Shown: positions 26,454-40,433, counted from the first letter of the stretch. The stretch is DNA of 64,000 bases from Eledone cirrhosa (GCA_964016885.1 OZ024740.1:363382001-363446000), one strand, 5' to 3'. Notes: generated by a model from the letters alone, not told the origin. Numbers and translations: made by a program.

Positions 26454-27639
26454 CTGAAAACAGTTTTAATAGAAATGAAACTAGAACGAAACCAAGGTTA
26501 TATCAATTAATTTTTGTAAAGAAGAAAGAAAAATCCATTCATTTTATCCTATTATTGTTATTAAACATAATGTTATGTTGTAGTGGATGTATGCAGGCAT
26601 GGCTGTCTGGTTAAGATGTTTGCTTTCCAATCATGAGGCCCTGAGTTTTTAATAGAAAAGAAACTAGTTCAAAACAAAAATTAAAGCAATTGGATTTTAC
26701 AAATTACCATAGTTATAATGAAAGACATTGTCTGTGGCTTTCAAATAATGTTGAAGATAATCAAGTATTCAGAAGGATTTAGTAATATAACTCATTAAGT
26801 TGGTGTTTGAAACAACTTCACAAAGGTTCTTATACTAAATTATGATGGATGGTTTTTAGATAAATGACAAGGCATTGTGTCTTTGACTGAAAACTATATC
26901 TTACATTGCTCCAGTCCACTGAGCTAGAACACATGAGTTGTATCTGTAATTCAAGGACAAGCCTTGTTACACACAGTGTCACATTGTGAACTATATTAAG
27001 GGTGCACATCTCTATGAAATATTCAACCACTTGCACAAGCAGGCTATTAAGTTGTTGGAATGAACTGAACCATTTATTGTCATACATACTCCCACATTAC
27101 TTTCTTACTGATACCAAATATATATATGATCATAAATTATTATATGTGAATTGCAGGAGTTATGGTAATATTTGCTGGTGAAGATGCTGAGGGGAGAATT
27201 AAATTATACAAATTAACTCCTAACATGCTATAGTAATTTAGCAGAAAATATCTAATTAATGGTTCATAAATTCAAATGTTTATAGTCTTTACTAGAGGAC
27301 AGAAGGCGAAAATTTGCAATAGAAGAATAAAGACTTAATTTTTAATGTGATGTACTTGGACTCAGTGTTGCTTTATACTTTTCAAGAATGTCTAGTTAAA
27401 GTGGTTGCATGTGGTTTGTTAATTAAAATATTTATAGCAAATTTACTAGTGGACAGAATGTTGTGAAAATGTGCAGTATAAGAGTAAGGACTTTAATAGT
27501 TTATGTGATGCACTTGCATTTATAGTGCTGCTTTGTACTTTTCAACAATGTCTTGTTAACACACTCTCATGTGGTAGAGAACTTTAAGAGTTAATTAGAT
27601 TTATGTTCATAAAATGTTTGTATTTATATAAAGAATCAT

Positions 27640-27740
27640 ATACTACTACTACCACCACCACTACTACTGCTATCACCACCGCCACTATTACTACTACTAC
27701 TACTACTACTATTACTACTACTACTACTACTACTAGTACT
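27640..27740. repeat. (ACT)n/(ACC)n microsatellite
   Basis: Direct reading. Confidence 0.9.
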
Positions 27741-28738
27741 GCTGCATGTACAGCAGAATATCATTAACTTATTTTGAAGAGGCTCAGGAAAGAAGGGTCT
27801 ATCAGATTACTCATGACAATAAGACGCCAACAGTTCAAGTTATTACAGATACTTGTGTTTTAAATAGACTTTTGAAAGAAAAAGAGAAAAAAATATTATT
27901 CAGGATTTATCTACAATGCAGCAAATGTGTCTGTGTGTGTGAACGTGTGTGTTTGTGATTGTGTATGTGTGTAAACGTGTGTGTGTTTCTGAGTGTGTAT
28001 GTATGTGTGTTTAAATATGAGTGTGTTTGTGATTGTAAATGTGTGTGTTCCTGAGTGTGCATGTGTGTGTGAATGAGTGTGTGTGTTTATGTGTGAGTGT
28101 GTTTGTGATTGTGTATGAGTGTATTTATGATTGTGTATGTGTGTGTGAACGTATGTGTGGCTGAACATGTGTGAGTGTTTATATGTGTGAGTGTGTGTGA
28201 GTTTATAAGTGTGAATGTGTGTGTATGTGTTGCTGTTGTTCTTATTGTGTGTGTTAAACCTAAATTGGTTTTGATGATGGCTGTTCCATTTCTTTGATCA
28301 ACAAAACAGCCTGCTCATGAAATTACTGTGTAAGTGGCTGAGCACATCTCAGACATGTGTACCCTTAATGTAATTCTCAGAGATTTTCAGCCTGATAAGG
28401 GTTTATCAAGGTTGGCCCTTTGAATCCCAAGAACAGCTCATTTTTTTCCAGCTGAGTTGACTGGAGCAACTTGAAATAAAGAGGATACAAGACATTGTCA
28501 TGGGTTGAACTCATGACCTTATGACTGCTGCTGGACACTCTAACCACTTTAGCTATGCATCTTCACATATTATACACACACATACATATGGAACAGGAAG
28601 TGAAATAAAGTGTCTTGTTTAAGAACACACCACATTGCCATGAGTCAAAGTTGCAACCTTACGATCGTGTGCCAAACACCTTAACCATTAAGCCACAAGC
28701 CTCTTTCACAACACAGTAAATAAAGTCAGCCTAATCAC

Positions 28739-28905
28739 CTCATAGAAAAGGTTAGGTCGGTTGAAAGAGGTGCGGAACAAGATGCAGTCATTCAAGCAGA
28801 GTATTTTCTTGACATCGTTCAACACTTTGACAGTGGCTGTAGCAGTCAAACCAAGAATTGGTACTTCAGGAAATTGTCGTTTCATTATGCCAAGAAATTT
28901 GTAGT
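28739..28905 (-). CDS. RECQL: RecQ1 helicase exon, motif III
   Basis: [25 protein letters not shown]...[10 protein letters not shown]; ttcag / gtgat splice sites. Confidence 0.97.
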
Positions 28906-29299
28906 CTGAAATAAACAAACAAACAAATAAAAGCTGGAGTACACAATTAAGTTGATTGAAGAGCCAATGGAATAACTACTGGGGTCTGAGATTAGGGTCA
29001 GTAATTCTATAACAGACAGCTTGGAAAAACATTACATTTTTTTACTACAGTCTCATGTCAATTTTTACTCTTTATTTATTTTTATAATTTTTTTTCATAA
29101 TTTATTCCAAGTATTTAAACTGCTATTATTTGTTATATGTTCCTTTAACTTTTCAATAATTCGGATGAATCTGTCGGACCTTTATAAAACTAATCTTCTT
29201 GTAAACTTTCCCATTTCCTCCCCCCCCCCCTCCTCCACACGGCACCATTACTATTTGGTCTAATCCCAATTCAGCGGTTTATAGTATGTTTCTCTTACC

Positions 29300-32200
29300 A
29301 ATCTCTATCGCAAAGCCACTGCCTCGGCTATTACTCCTTAAGTTTAGACCTGGTTGCTTTTCAATATGTTAAATGGACTACAGAGCTGGAGAGTCTGTAC
29401 AATCTGAACATTCAATGACAATGTCAAAGATAAAGATAAATTCACCTCCTGTTGCCTTTATTTCAGACACGGATGGCCAACATAATTCCATCTCCCACAC
29501 CTCTCCCTGCACCTCCAACCCATTCCTTCCACCCACCCAATGAAATCCAAAACTTCAGAGTTGGTACCATGTATGTAGGCACTTTGAAAGGTTGCCCTAA
29601 CGAGGTTGTAGAGATGCTTGAATGTAAGGAAGTTGATGTTTGTTGTGTTCAAGAAACAAGGTGGAGGGGTGGGTCTGCTAGATTCATTGCGGGTAAAAAA
29701 ACGATGCTATAAACTTTTCTGGGTGGGAAATGACAATGGGCTGGGTGGAGTAGGAATTATGTTAGCAAAGAAATGGGTAGATAAGATAATTGCCATAAAT
29801 AGAGTGAACGACAGAATAATTGAAATAAGACTAGTCCTAAATAGAACTACTGTGACAATAATATCTGCTTATGAACCCCAATCTGGACTACCTGACGCTA
29901 TAAAAGACAGATTCTATGAGTCGCTAATGCTCACTACCTCCCAAATAACTGACAGTGACTACATAATTATTGCTGGCGACTTAAATGGTCATGTTGGACA
30001 ACATTGTGATGGCTATGACGGAATCCATGGAGGCTATGGGTTTGGTACTAGAAATGAGGAAGGCTTCAGAATCCTGAAATTCCGTGATGCTAATAACCTA
30101 ACTATCTGTAACACAAACTTCAAAAAACGAGACAATCACTTGATCACCTATAGATCACAACACACCAGCCAGATAGATTATATCCTTACTAGAAGAGGTG
30201 ACAGAGTGTCTGTTTTAAACACTAAATCCCTCCCCCATGAAGAATGCACCTCCCAATATAGCCCCATAGCTAGTGACCTCATAGTCAGGACTAGACGTAC
30301 TCAACGACAGAGGAGGACTACCCTGACTACCTTGATGCTTTTGACAGTAAGGAAGAGCAATTAGAGACATACAATATAGAGGAACAGTGGGAAATCTTGA
30401 AAGTTAACCTGCTGAAGGTGACAGATGAAATCTGTGGCTGGAACAGACCTATAGGCAGGAGGAGAGTAACTTGGTGGTGGAACAGTAAGGTGGAAGAGTT
30501 AATCAAGGCCAAAAAGCAGGCTTGGAAAGTATGGCAGGATGGGGGAAGTAGAGAACACTATCAAGTGGCCAGGAGGGAAGCTAGGAGACAAGTGTACCTT
30601 GCAAGAAGGGAAGCAGAGGAAAGAAAGTTCAAGCATGTTCTACAATGCGAGGATCAAAAATATAAGGTGTTCATGATTGCTAGACAATGTGTCAAAGAAA
30701 ACCGTCATATTGTCGGGGAGAAGTGTGTCCGTAATGGTGATGGTGTACTTGCCATCACTGATACTGATAAGAAGGTAGCTTGGAAGTGTAACTACGAGAG
30801 ACTACTAAATGAGGGGAATAAATGGGAAAAAATAGTCTGCCCCAAATCGATCCAATAGAGGGACCAGCGGTGCAAGTTAAAGGTAGTATAATAAGTAAGG
30901 CAATCAAAGATATGAAGACAGGCAAGGCAGCTGGGCCTTCGGAGATAGTTGCTGAGATGCTGAAAGCCTCTGGAATGGTGAGACATACTATGGTCACCCG
31001 GATAGCAAACCAAGTAATATAGAATGGGGTCATACCAAATGACTGGCGTAGCAGCAGCAGCATCATTAACTGCTACAAGGGTAAAGGAGATGCTCTAGAT
31101 AGGGGAAACTATAGAGGCTGTAAGTTAGTTGACCAGGTCATGAATGTCACAGAAAGAGTTATAGCGCAACTAATCAGAGAGCGAATTGATCTAGATGAAA
31201 TGCAGTTTGGGTTTGTGTCAGGTAAAAGTACCAGAGACACTCTTTTCCTTGTACGACAACTATAGGAGAAGTACCTAGCTAAATGTGAACCCCTCTACTT
31301 AGCTTTTGTTGACTTGGAGAAAGCCTTTGACAGAGTCCCCCGTTCCATTATCTGGTGGGCTCTTAGAAAACTAGGTGTAGATGAATGGCTTGTGAGCTAT
31401 ACAAGCCATGTATAAAGAAACAGTCAGCAAGGTTACAATTAACAATGAATATAGTGGAGAATTTAGCGTAAAAGTTGGTGTTCATCAAGGCTCTGTCCTT
31501 AGCCCCCTCCTATTTATTATTGCCCTTCAGGCGATAACAGAGGAGTTCAAGACCGGCTGCCCATGGGAACTTCTATACACAGATGAGCTAACGCTCATAG
31601 CTGAATCGATGGCTGAAATTCCAAACATGGAAGCATGGCCTAGAATCAAAAGTTAACTTGTCTAAGACTAAAGATTTAGTTTGTAGAAAGGAAAATAGGA
31701 CACAGGTGCCCTCTGGGAAATGGCCATGCTCAGTGAGTCGGCAGAAATTCCATTTTATGTCCCAAATGCAAACTATGGGTACATAAAAGATGTAGTGGGA
31801 TCACAGGTAAGCTATCTAAGAACGTAGATTTAAATGTGGCCGATGCGCAGGTGCAATAAGTAGCAAGTGCCCACAGGATACTAGCTCCTTCTATTGCCCA
31901 GATGGTTCTATAGAAATAGTGGACACTTTCCGTTACCTGGGTGACAAAATCAGCAGTGGTGGAGGCTGTTCTGAAAGTACAGTAGCCAGAGTCAGAACGG
32001 GACGGAAAAAGTTCAGAGAACTTATACCACTATTGGCCACTAAAGGTTTCTCTCTAAAATTGAAAAGCAGATTGTATGATGCCTGTATACGAACAGCAAT
32101 GTTACATGGCAGTGAGACATAGGCATTGTGTGCAGAGGACCTGCGCAGACTAGAGAGGAACGAAGCATGCATGCTCCATTGGATGTGTTATAGTAATATA

Positions 32201-32892
32201 CGCGAACGGCAAAACATAAATGAACTAAGTGAGAAATTAGGAATAAGAGGGATCAGATGCTGTTTACTTGAGAGAAGACTACGTTGGTATGGTCACGTGA
32301 TGCGCATGAAAGACTACAGCTGTATAAAAAAGTGCAGGGTGATCAAAATTGATGGAAGTTACGGAGTAGGTAGACCCAGAAAACCTGGGATGATTTGATA
32401 AGTTCCAACCTCACACCCTTACACCTCTCTAAGACAATGTCACTGGACCGAGATCTTTGGCGCCATGCAGTAATACAGAAGACCCATCTTGCCTATGTAC
32501 AAAGCGAAACCTACAGTCAGTAGGCACCTCTTAACCAAATATACACCCCATCCCACTACCCCTACTCCACACCCCCTCTCCCACCAACACCACTCTTTCT
32601 CTGTAAAGTTATATTGGCACTACAACATCCAGTCCAAAATAAATGAGGTCGTCTAGGTGTCACGACCCAACAAAAAAAACACAGTCAATGCTGTAATGTG
32701 GCCGTGTAGGTAACACGGTAAAAACCTCCCAGTCCACACTGTAAATGTGGTTGGTGTTAGGAAGGGCATCCAGCCGTAGAAAACCTGCCAGACAGTCCTA
32801 TACGAGTGAGACAACCAATCTTGCCTCAAGTGGGATAATTCACGTCTAAACCCATGCTAGCATGAAAGATAGACGTTAGATGATGATGATGT
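29300..32892 (+). mobile_element. Degenerate near full-length RTE LINE
   Basis: Successive broken ORFs 29452-32398 covering APE, RT and C-terminus; 3' UTR and (GAT)n tail. Confidence 0.93.
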
Positions 32893-32899
32893 ATTATAA

Positions 32900-33300
32900 T
32901 CATCATCATTTCCATTTTACATCTTTTAACATTTTTTGTCCATGCCAGCATAGGTTGAATTGGTCACCACATCATGAGATGAGACGGCTCAGACAATCAT
33001 GTCCTGCTCAAACATTCCAGTTTGACATGGTTTCTACAGCTGGAATTCCTTCATGATGCCAACCACTTTATAGTGTGTTCTGGATGCACTTTATCATGAC
33101 ACAAGCAATACCATTTTATAGAGTGGATTGGGTGCATTGTATTTTGGCACCAGCACTTCCACTTTGAAGTATGGACTGGATGCATTTTATCATGACACCA
33201 GTACTGCCACTTACACAGTGGTCTGGGTGCACTGTATTGTAGCACCAGCGTTACCATTTCAGAGTGCACTGGCTGCATTTTATCATAGTATCAGCATCAT
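32900..33300 (-). repeat. RTE/SINE 3'-tail derivative with ~5 tandem ~48-bp modules (similar arrays at 46115-46450 + and 61640-61880 -)
   Basis: Unit ccacttta.agtgtggactgggtgcattttatcatg.caccagca.t next to the shared tttctacagctgg motif. Confidence 0.75.
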
Positions 33301-34339
33301 ATGATGTTAAAAGGTGATGGATTAAACTTGCATAGGATCCTTGGTTGAAAGTTATATCAGGGCCCTTGTACCATATTTATGGTAGGCAAAAAAAAAAAAT
33401 AATTTAGAACCCTTTAAATATTGTTGGTCACTACTGTAAGAGAGAAAGAGAAACATACAGTAAAACAACATCATAATTAATGTGATTATGGTGTTAGGAT
33501 GACATTTTGTGAAATGTTTATTCAATTATATTTATCAACACAGGTTGTTTATAAATTGTTAATTACCTGGGCAGAATCTATTTTAAAATTCATAAGTTTC
33601 TATGAATTTTGTTTCCCTTTTACATTTTGCTTTGTCTTTTTGAAACTGCAAAATTGTAGCACTGTCAATATTATTTAGGGTGCTTATTAAGGGTGTTTAT
33701 CCAATCAGCATTAACATTAAGGAGGACTAAAATAACTTCAGCTATATTAATTCAATTGGGATATTTCAAGAACTTTTCAAGGACTTGATTACTGTTTAAA
33801 AACAACAACAAACTAGAAAGAAGGAAAGATAAAGCCTCTACACTCTGTTTTGGAAACAGGCTCTTCAAGAAACATGGAATAAATGAAGAAGAAACAAAAT
33901 AAAACAAAAAATAATCTGTTTACTCATTAGTGAGAAATATATATTGCTGATAGAGTTGACCTGTATTTCTTTAGCAAGCCGCCGTACTGGCTGATGTCTA
34001 GTGGGAAGGAATTATAAATATCCACTAGCTAAAACTTATTAGTGATTGTGAGGAGAGGGTAAACAACAAATATAGAAATAAGGCAAATAAAGGATGGGTG
34101 GGAGACATTACTAATCAAGGATCTTGGACTTTCAAATGTAAGTGGCTAAAAGCAAAACATGCTATGCATATAATAAAGCTGTAATGTAAAATATAAAGCA
34201 TAAATATGTGTAAAAATCAAGCATAAATATAAGTAAAAATCAAACATAAATATGAATAAAAATCAAATGTAAAATATGTATAAAAATTAAATCTAAATAT
34301 GTTCCAAAAAAACTTAAGAGGCTTTTAAGAATCAATATT

Positions 34340-34810
34340 TAATTTGTTTATCTTGGCAGAATGAGGAGACAGCATGTCCAGAGGCTGGAAAATGTCTGTG
34401 AGTGACTTTCAATTGATTAGCAAGGTTGCATTTTCTGGATGTGGTCTAAGATGCTAGTGTGAACAATAATAGCACTGTCCTAGATTTGCACTACATTATT
34501 GTGAATCTCACAACAGCTTTGTAGGTAGAAATATTTTCTGGCCTTGAAAAGAAAAGGCCAGTTGTTAGGAGGCAGCCCTTGCTATGTTGAGAATATATGT
34601 TCTCCATATTAGGAGCAATTGAAAAGGCTCTAGTTACATGCTGGTGATGCTTAAGGGGAATAACATTTTATAATTGTTTTTTAACTGAACAGTCCTCTTG
34701 TTAATTTGATTGTTTCTTATTTTTTGTTTTTGTGTGTGTTTTTTGTAGTTGAAAGAGATAAGATTAGCATAACCACATTCAAGGATCATTTCTAGGTCTC
34801 TGTTTATGGA
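34340..34810 (-). mobile_element. Degenerate CR1/Jockey-like LINE RT fragment
   Basis: DSINRDLEMILECGYANLISFNYKKHTQ (post-YADD segment) followed by a WRTYILNIARAAS thumb-like segment. Confidence 0.6.
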
Positions 34811-35255
34811 ATCAGTGAAGGCTTCATATGAGGTGTGAAAACTACACGTAGGTCTCTCTCTCTCTCTCTTCATAGAATCAGTGCAGGCTTGGTGTGAGGT
34901 GTGAAAACTACATGTAGACCTCTGAAATCAGTTCAGGCTTGGTGTGAGGTGTGAAAACTACATGTAGGCCTCTGGAATCAGTGCAGGCTTGGTGTGAGGT
35001 GTGAAAACTACATGTAGGTCTCTGTTCATGGAACCAGTGCAGGCTTGGTGTGAGGTGTTAAGATTACATGTAGGTCTCTCTCTCTTCATAGAATCAGTGA
35101 AGGTTTGGTGTGAGGTATTAAGACTACATGTAGGCCTCTGTTCATGGAATCAGTGCAGGCTTGATGTGAGGTGTCAAGATTACATGTAGGTCTCTCTCTC
35201 TCTCGCTCTTCATGGAATCAGTGCAGGCTTGGTGTGAGGTGTCAAGATTGCATAT
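34800..35255. repeat. Minisatellite, 8 units of ~50-66 bp
   Basis: Unit ggaatcagtgcaggcttggtgtgaggtgtgaaaactacatgtaggtctct. Confidence 0.9.
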
Positions 35256-35629
35256 GGGAAAGATTGCTTGGGAAAGATTACAAATATTTCTAAATTTTTT
35301 CTCCCCAGAAAAGAAATCTTCTAAACACTCTCTTCTGGTCATGTTTTTCCTGCACAATTTCAAACTGAATATCAACCATTAATGTTAAATGACTAGCAGT
35401 ACAAGAGAGTTATACATGCCAGTTAATCACAAAGTTAATCCCAGCTGCTGATATTCATTTTCAGTTGAGTGGACTGAGTCAATGTGAAATGAAATGCCTT
35501 GCTTAAGGATACAATAAGCAGCCTGGTCTGGGAATTGAACCTATATCCTAACAATCATGAGACTAACACCTTAATCACAGAGCCAAGTTCCTTTACCCCA
35601 CCCCACCAAAAATAAGGATATAGTTTACC

Positions 35630-37262
35630 TATTACACATATGGGCTGTTCTGGAAATAAGGGGTGTTAAAGTGGAAGATGCAGCCTGGCTCAGGGAGAAG
35701 GATGATTACAACCACATCAATGTGACTGAATTGGACGGTGTGTTGAAAGGAGTGAATCTGGCCGTAAGATGAAGGCTGCATACTATTGAAATTTGAACTG
35801 ACTCGGCCACTGTATTTGGATAGGTAGGATCAGTAATCACTAATCAGCTGAGGGTACGAACCAAAGAGGCAGCAGAGATGTTAAAAAAGTGCTGTCTGGG
35901 AGAGCTAGCTGCTGTGTTCAGCCTGAAACTGAGCATGGTCCTTGTGCCCTCAGAGAATAAGGTGGACATTCTAACCAGAGTGAAGAAAACCCAATAGTGC
36001 CAGAGGATTCAAAGCAGGGGGTAGCTGCAGTGTGTTGACTGAGTGACTCAGAGCTAAAAGACTGCATACCATGCATCATATGGACAGGACCTCTTTTCTA
36101 GCCAGGAAAGTTAACTCCGACATTACCAGCCATAGCCTTCAGAAAGTGGTTGGAAATTGTGACAGGTGTCAGACCATCAACCCCACTCCAGATGTGCACA
36201 AGGTGGGAAACATTCAAGTGAAACACAAATATAAATGATTGACAGTGGATGTGACACACTACTGGCATGGGATATACCTCTTGATGGTCGTCTGTGGACT
36301 GGGGTGGAGGGCAATATGGAAAGAAATAAAAACAGGGAAAGTAGATGAAAATGCACAAGTGCTGAATGAGATATTCCTGGAGTGGAGCCCCGTGGATGAG
36401 CTGCTGATAGACAATGGCACTGAATTTTGCTCAGAGGTGCTGAAGGAAATGCTTGATAAGTGGAACATAAACTGCTTCTTCAGAGCGGGGTATAAGCCAA
36501 GTAGAAATGGGATTGTGGAGAGACACCATTGCATAATCAAGGCCATGACAGAGAGGGGATATATCTCAACAATTGAGGCAGTATTTTGATAGAATATGTT
36601 ACCCTGGTCAGGTCAGGCTAAGGAGTCGGTGTCACACAGAGCAATATTCATATATGAATGGTGATATCTGTGTACAGCATCACAGTGACCTGTGGAAGGG
36701 AAAGAGCCGGTATACATGCAGGTCGCAGACAAGGTCTAGGTCAAACCTCCAAATGCACTCTGCACATGGGTGAAGGAAATAGTAACAGCTGTAAATTCCT
36801 GAAATAACATGCACATGGATGGAATGTCACGTCATGTCTTGAATGTCCACAGGATCGTCGATTTGTCAGATGATGACAAAAAAAGATAGGATGCAAGCAA
36901 CCCCACAGCTCTGTAGAGGTCACAGTGGGAGTGACGTCCATTCAGGTGGATGGCGAACTTTGACATGGAATGAGGTGATGGGGTGATCTTTGAGATCGGG
37001 AGGAGGCAGAGGGGGGGGAGCATTGACAGAAAAATAGGGGTCAATGACATCATGTAAGCAGAAGAACAACCAGCATGGTTGCTCTCTTCCTTTTTGAACT
37101 GTGGTGCCGAACAGAGGTGAATACCACATGAACTCGAGTATATTTGGATAGGTTCTGGCCAGAGATTAGGCAGGTAAGGCTCTCACAGATATATCCCATC
37201 TGGACAAGATCAATAACAGGAGAGAACCTGCAAAGTAGGTGAGTTACGTTTTTTTGCTTACA
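35630..37262 (+). mobile_element. Degenerate Gypsy/Ty3 LTR retrotransposon (RNase H and integrase remnant, polypurine tract, possible 3' LTR)
   Basis: ORF 36239-36589 LLIDNGTEF...YKPSRNGIVERHHCIIKAM (integrase D,D35E region); purine run ~36998-37020; tgtaagca (37053) ... tgcttaca (37262) inverted ends. Confidence 0.75.
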
Positions 37263-38387
37263 ACACACAATAATTACTTACAGCAGTGATCTGTATCTCT
37301 CTATACTTTAGTATGTTTGATGTTAGGAAGGGCATCCTGATGTAGATAGCAGATGAAAAAAAAAGAATTGAAAGACCTCTTCAATTATGTCAAGGATATG
37401 ACAATCTCCCTAGTGTTAAAACCATGATGAAATGCACCCTGTACACTCAGTAAAGTGGTTGATGAAAGGAAGGGTATCCAACTGTAGAAACTATGCCAAA
37501 AGGATAGAGAGAGCTCTTCCGTTGCATCAAGGGCATGACACGCTCTTTAGAACTTGAGTCATGATAAAATGCACCCAGTACACTCTGCATAGTGGTTAGC
37601 ATTAGGATTGGCATCCAGTAGTATGTCAAAAGTAGAAAAGAAGCAAGAAGTGTGTCCTTGACCTTATGGCCCATCTGAGAGAAGAGTAGACTTGATTAAG
37701 TACTGACCTGGTGACAACCTGTCCAGCTAATGCCAGCAATGGAAAAGTGGATGTCAAATGATGATGATAGATTAACTGAGCCACAGAAAATATAAAAACT
37801 CTCACTATAGAGACAAAGAGCACAACAATAATAGGATACAGAATTAACAATTTACTTTATAAGAACTCACACCTATGTAATCCTTTCATGTTGTTGTTAC
37901 AGAACCTATATGTGTAGCTTTAGCTGGCCTCCTACAATGTTGCATCTCATAGGAGTCTTCTTGAGTATTTTAATGATATGGGCCTCTGTCCTTTCATGTT
38001 GTTGTTACAGCTCACACCTATGAAGGTTTAGCTGGTCTCCTACAAGGATGTATCTCATAGGGGGTTTCTTGAATGTTTTAAGGATAGGAGCCCCAGTCCA
38101 TTTGTTGTCATTACAGCTCACACCTATGTAGATTTAACTGGCTTCCTATAAGATTTTAATGATAGAGCCTCAATTTATCATGAAAAGACTTCACCCAGGT
38201 CAAGATGTCAGTCAATTGCAAGAGTTAAACCTGCCCTTCAGCTGCTGCTATTATTGCGACTCATTTTTTTCAGTTCAGTGAACTGGAGCATTATGAAATG
38301 AAGTGTTTGTCCCAATGGCACGTCATGCCACCTGGTTCAAACTTTCAAATGTAAAATAAAACGTTTTAATAGAAGATGGAATGCGTT

Positions 38388-40107
38388 TAAGCCTTTCATT
38401 ACCATATTTCTAATGAATGACACTGCCAATTATTTTCAAATTATTTTCAAAATAATCAACAATTTGGAGCAGTTTAGTTCTATAACTAATTTTCTCATTA
38501 TTAAGCTGGTGTTTGGAACAAAAATTATTTTATAAAAATTATGATGGAAGATTTTTAGATAAATACTTTAACCCTTTTGTTACCATATTTCTAATGATAT
38601 TTCTAATGGTTTTCAAATAATTTTGAAAATGTCCAAAATTATTTGGAAAGATTTAGTAATATAACTTTCTCATTATTAAGCTGATGTTTGGAACATAAAA
38701 TTTATGATGGAAGGTTTTTAGATAAATGTATACACTTTAAAATAAGCAGTTTAGCATTGTAGAACCAAAATTAGTTTTAGATGAATTAGAATCAAAAAGT
38801 GTAACCCTTTTAGAGCATTTACATTACTCTATATATACTATTACGGCATTCCTGCAAGATTCATCGCCATTTTCAAAGCCCTGTATGAAAACTCCAGCTG
38901 CTGCGTGCGGACTGAGTCCGGTGTGACGGAGTTCTTTGACATTGTCTCCGGAGTCAGACAGGGTTGCATTCTCTCTCCACTGTATTGTATTCTCTCCATT
39001 GTATTCTCTCTCCACTGTTCCTGATGGCAGCCGATTTCGTACTAAGGTGAATGGATGATGGACCCGGTCGAGGAATCCCATGGAGAGAGCAGTCAAGGCT
39101 GAGGGACCTGGCATTCGCCGATGACATCACTTTGATCGCTGAAAACGGTGCAGATCTGCAGGCCCTAACAACATCCCTACAAGAGAGTGCAGAAAAGATC
39201 GGCCTGAGAATCAACACCAAAAAGACCAATGTCATGAGAACGGCCAGCAACACAGGTCCAGTGATCAGAGTCAACCAACAGGACCTCGAGGAAGTCGATC
39301 ACTTCACCTATCTGGGCAGCATCCTGACAAGCAGCGGCAACGCGGAGCTCGACATCAACTGTCAGATCGGCAAAGGAGCCGCAGTTTTCCAGCGGCTGTG
39401 CCCAGTTTTATCATCTTCATGCATTAGCACCAAGACCAAGCTCCGCCTGTACAAGAGCATCGTGCTGCTGACAGTGCTTTATGCGAGCGAGACCTGGAAG
39501 AGTACGGCAAAAATAGAGAGACGGCTGAACGCTTTCCACCAGTGGTGCCTGCGAAAGATCCTTCATGTCCTGGAGCGACCAAGTGCGAAACGAGGAGATC
39601 CTGCGGTGAGCCGAGTCGTGGACGCTACAGAGAGTGGTCACAGAGCGTCAGTGCCGTCTGGCTGGCCATATTCTGCGTCTGCCAAATGAACGGCATTTGA
39701 AAACGGTATTGAACTGGACTCCGCCTGGCGGTAAACGGAGGCGGGTTTGCCCAAGGATCACCTGGCGACGAACGTTCCGGAAGGACCTGATGGCAGCCAA
39801 CATCACCTGGCACGGACTCGAAAAAGTTGCTGCTGATCATGACCGTTGGCGAGTACGCAATGCTCGATGCGCCAAACGGCGCGGAAGAATCTAAGGCTAA
39901 GACTAAGATATATACTATTATATTTTCATGGTAAACACTACCTCACATAATTATCTCTCATAATATCAAATCTATGGGATTTTGATATTATTTATTTTGA
40001 GAACAATAGCTTAACATAAATAAGAACAGCCGGTCACAGTCGGTTTGAACAGAAAGAAGTGAGAAAATTCTGGCCAGATATGGCCGGTTTAAATGCTAAA
40101 GGTTTAA
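38388..40107. mobile_element. Cluster of nested TTAA/CCC piggyBac-type MITEs; the last one (~38805-40105) is split by an RTE insertion
   Basis: Starts at 38388, 38569 and 38802 match the 20418 and 20582 families; right end taaatgctaaaggttta. Confidence 0.75.
38844..39907 (+). mobile_element. GC-rich RTE-clade LINE (distinct family), 5'-truncated, 13-bp TSD
   Basis: GVRQGCILSP, DLAFADD, INTKKT, FTYLGS, LYASETW; (CTAAG)-like tail; TSD atatatactatta at 38831-38843 and 39908-39920. Confidence 0.93.
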
Positions 40108-40127
40108 TGAAAAAATGGCAGACCTAC

Positions 40128-40433
40128 CTGGACGAAAATCATGTCCCCACTGTGAACAACAATGTACTTCATCAATAACCAGCCTAGAAAATCTTCCCAT
40201 CTGGTACATTTTTTCAAGCTTGGCCATAAATCGTTTGCTCTTGGCCAGTTTTTCTGGTGTCACATATAATATTTTTAATGAAGCATTTTTATCTAACATG
40301 GCATTCATAATCCTTGTTGCCTCTGTTCTCTCTGTGAAAGAATTGAGTGTTTCTGCCTCAATATTAAGTGTCTCTAGAGCAACAAGTTGGTCTTCTACAA
40401 GAGATATCAGTGGGGAAACAACTAATGTGATGC
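40128..40433 (-). CDS. RECQL: RecQ1 helicase exon, motif Ia and Walker B (DEVH)
   Basis: GITLVVSPLISLVEDQ...LYVTPEKLAKSKRFM...IDEVHCCSQWGHDFRP; atttcag / gtagg splice sites. Confidence 0.97.

Noticed and set aside
34800-35255. CRISPR-like regular repeats (also 33060-33295 and 46115-46410)
   Set aside because: Units are contiguous with no unique spacers, there are no cas genes, and the context is eukaryotic
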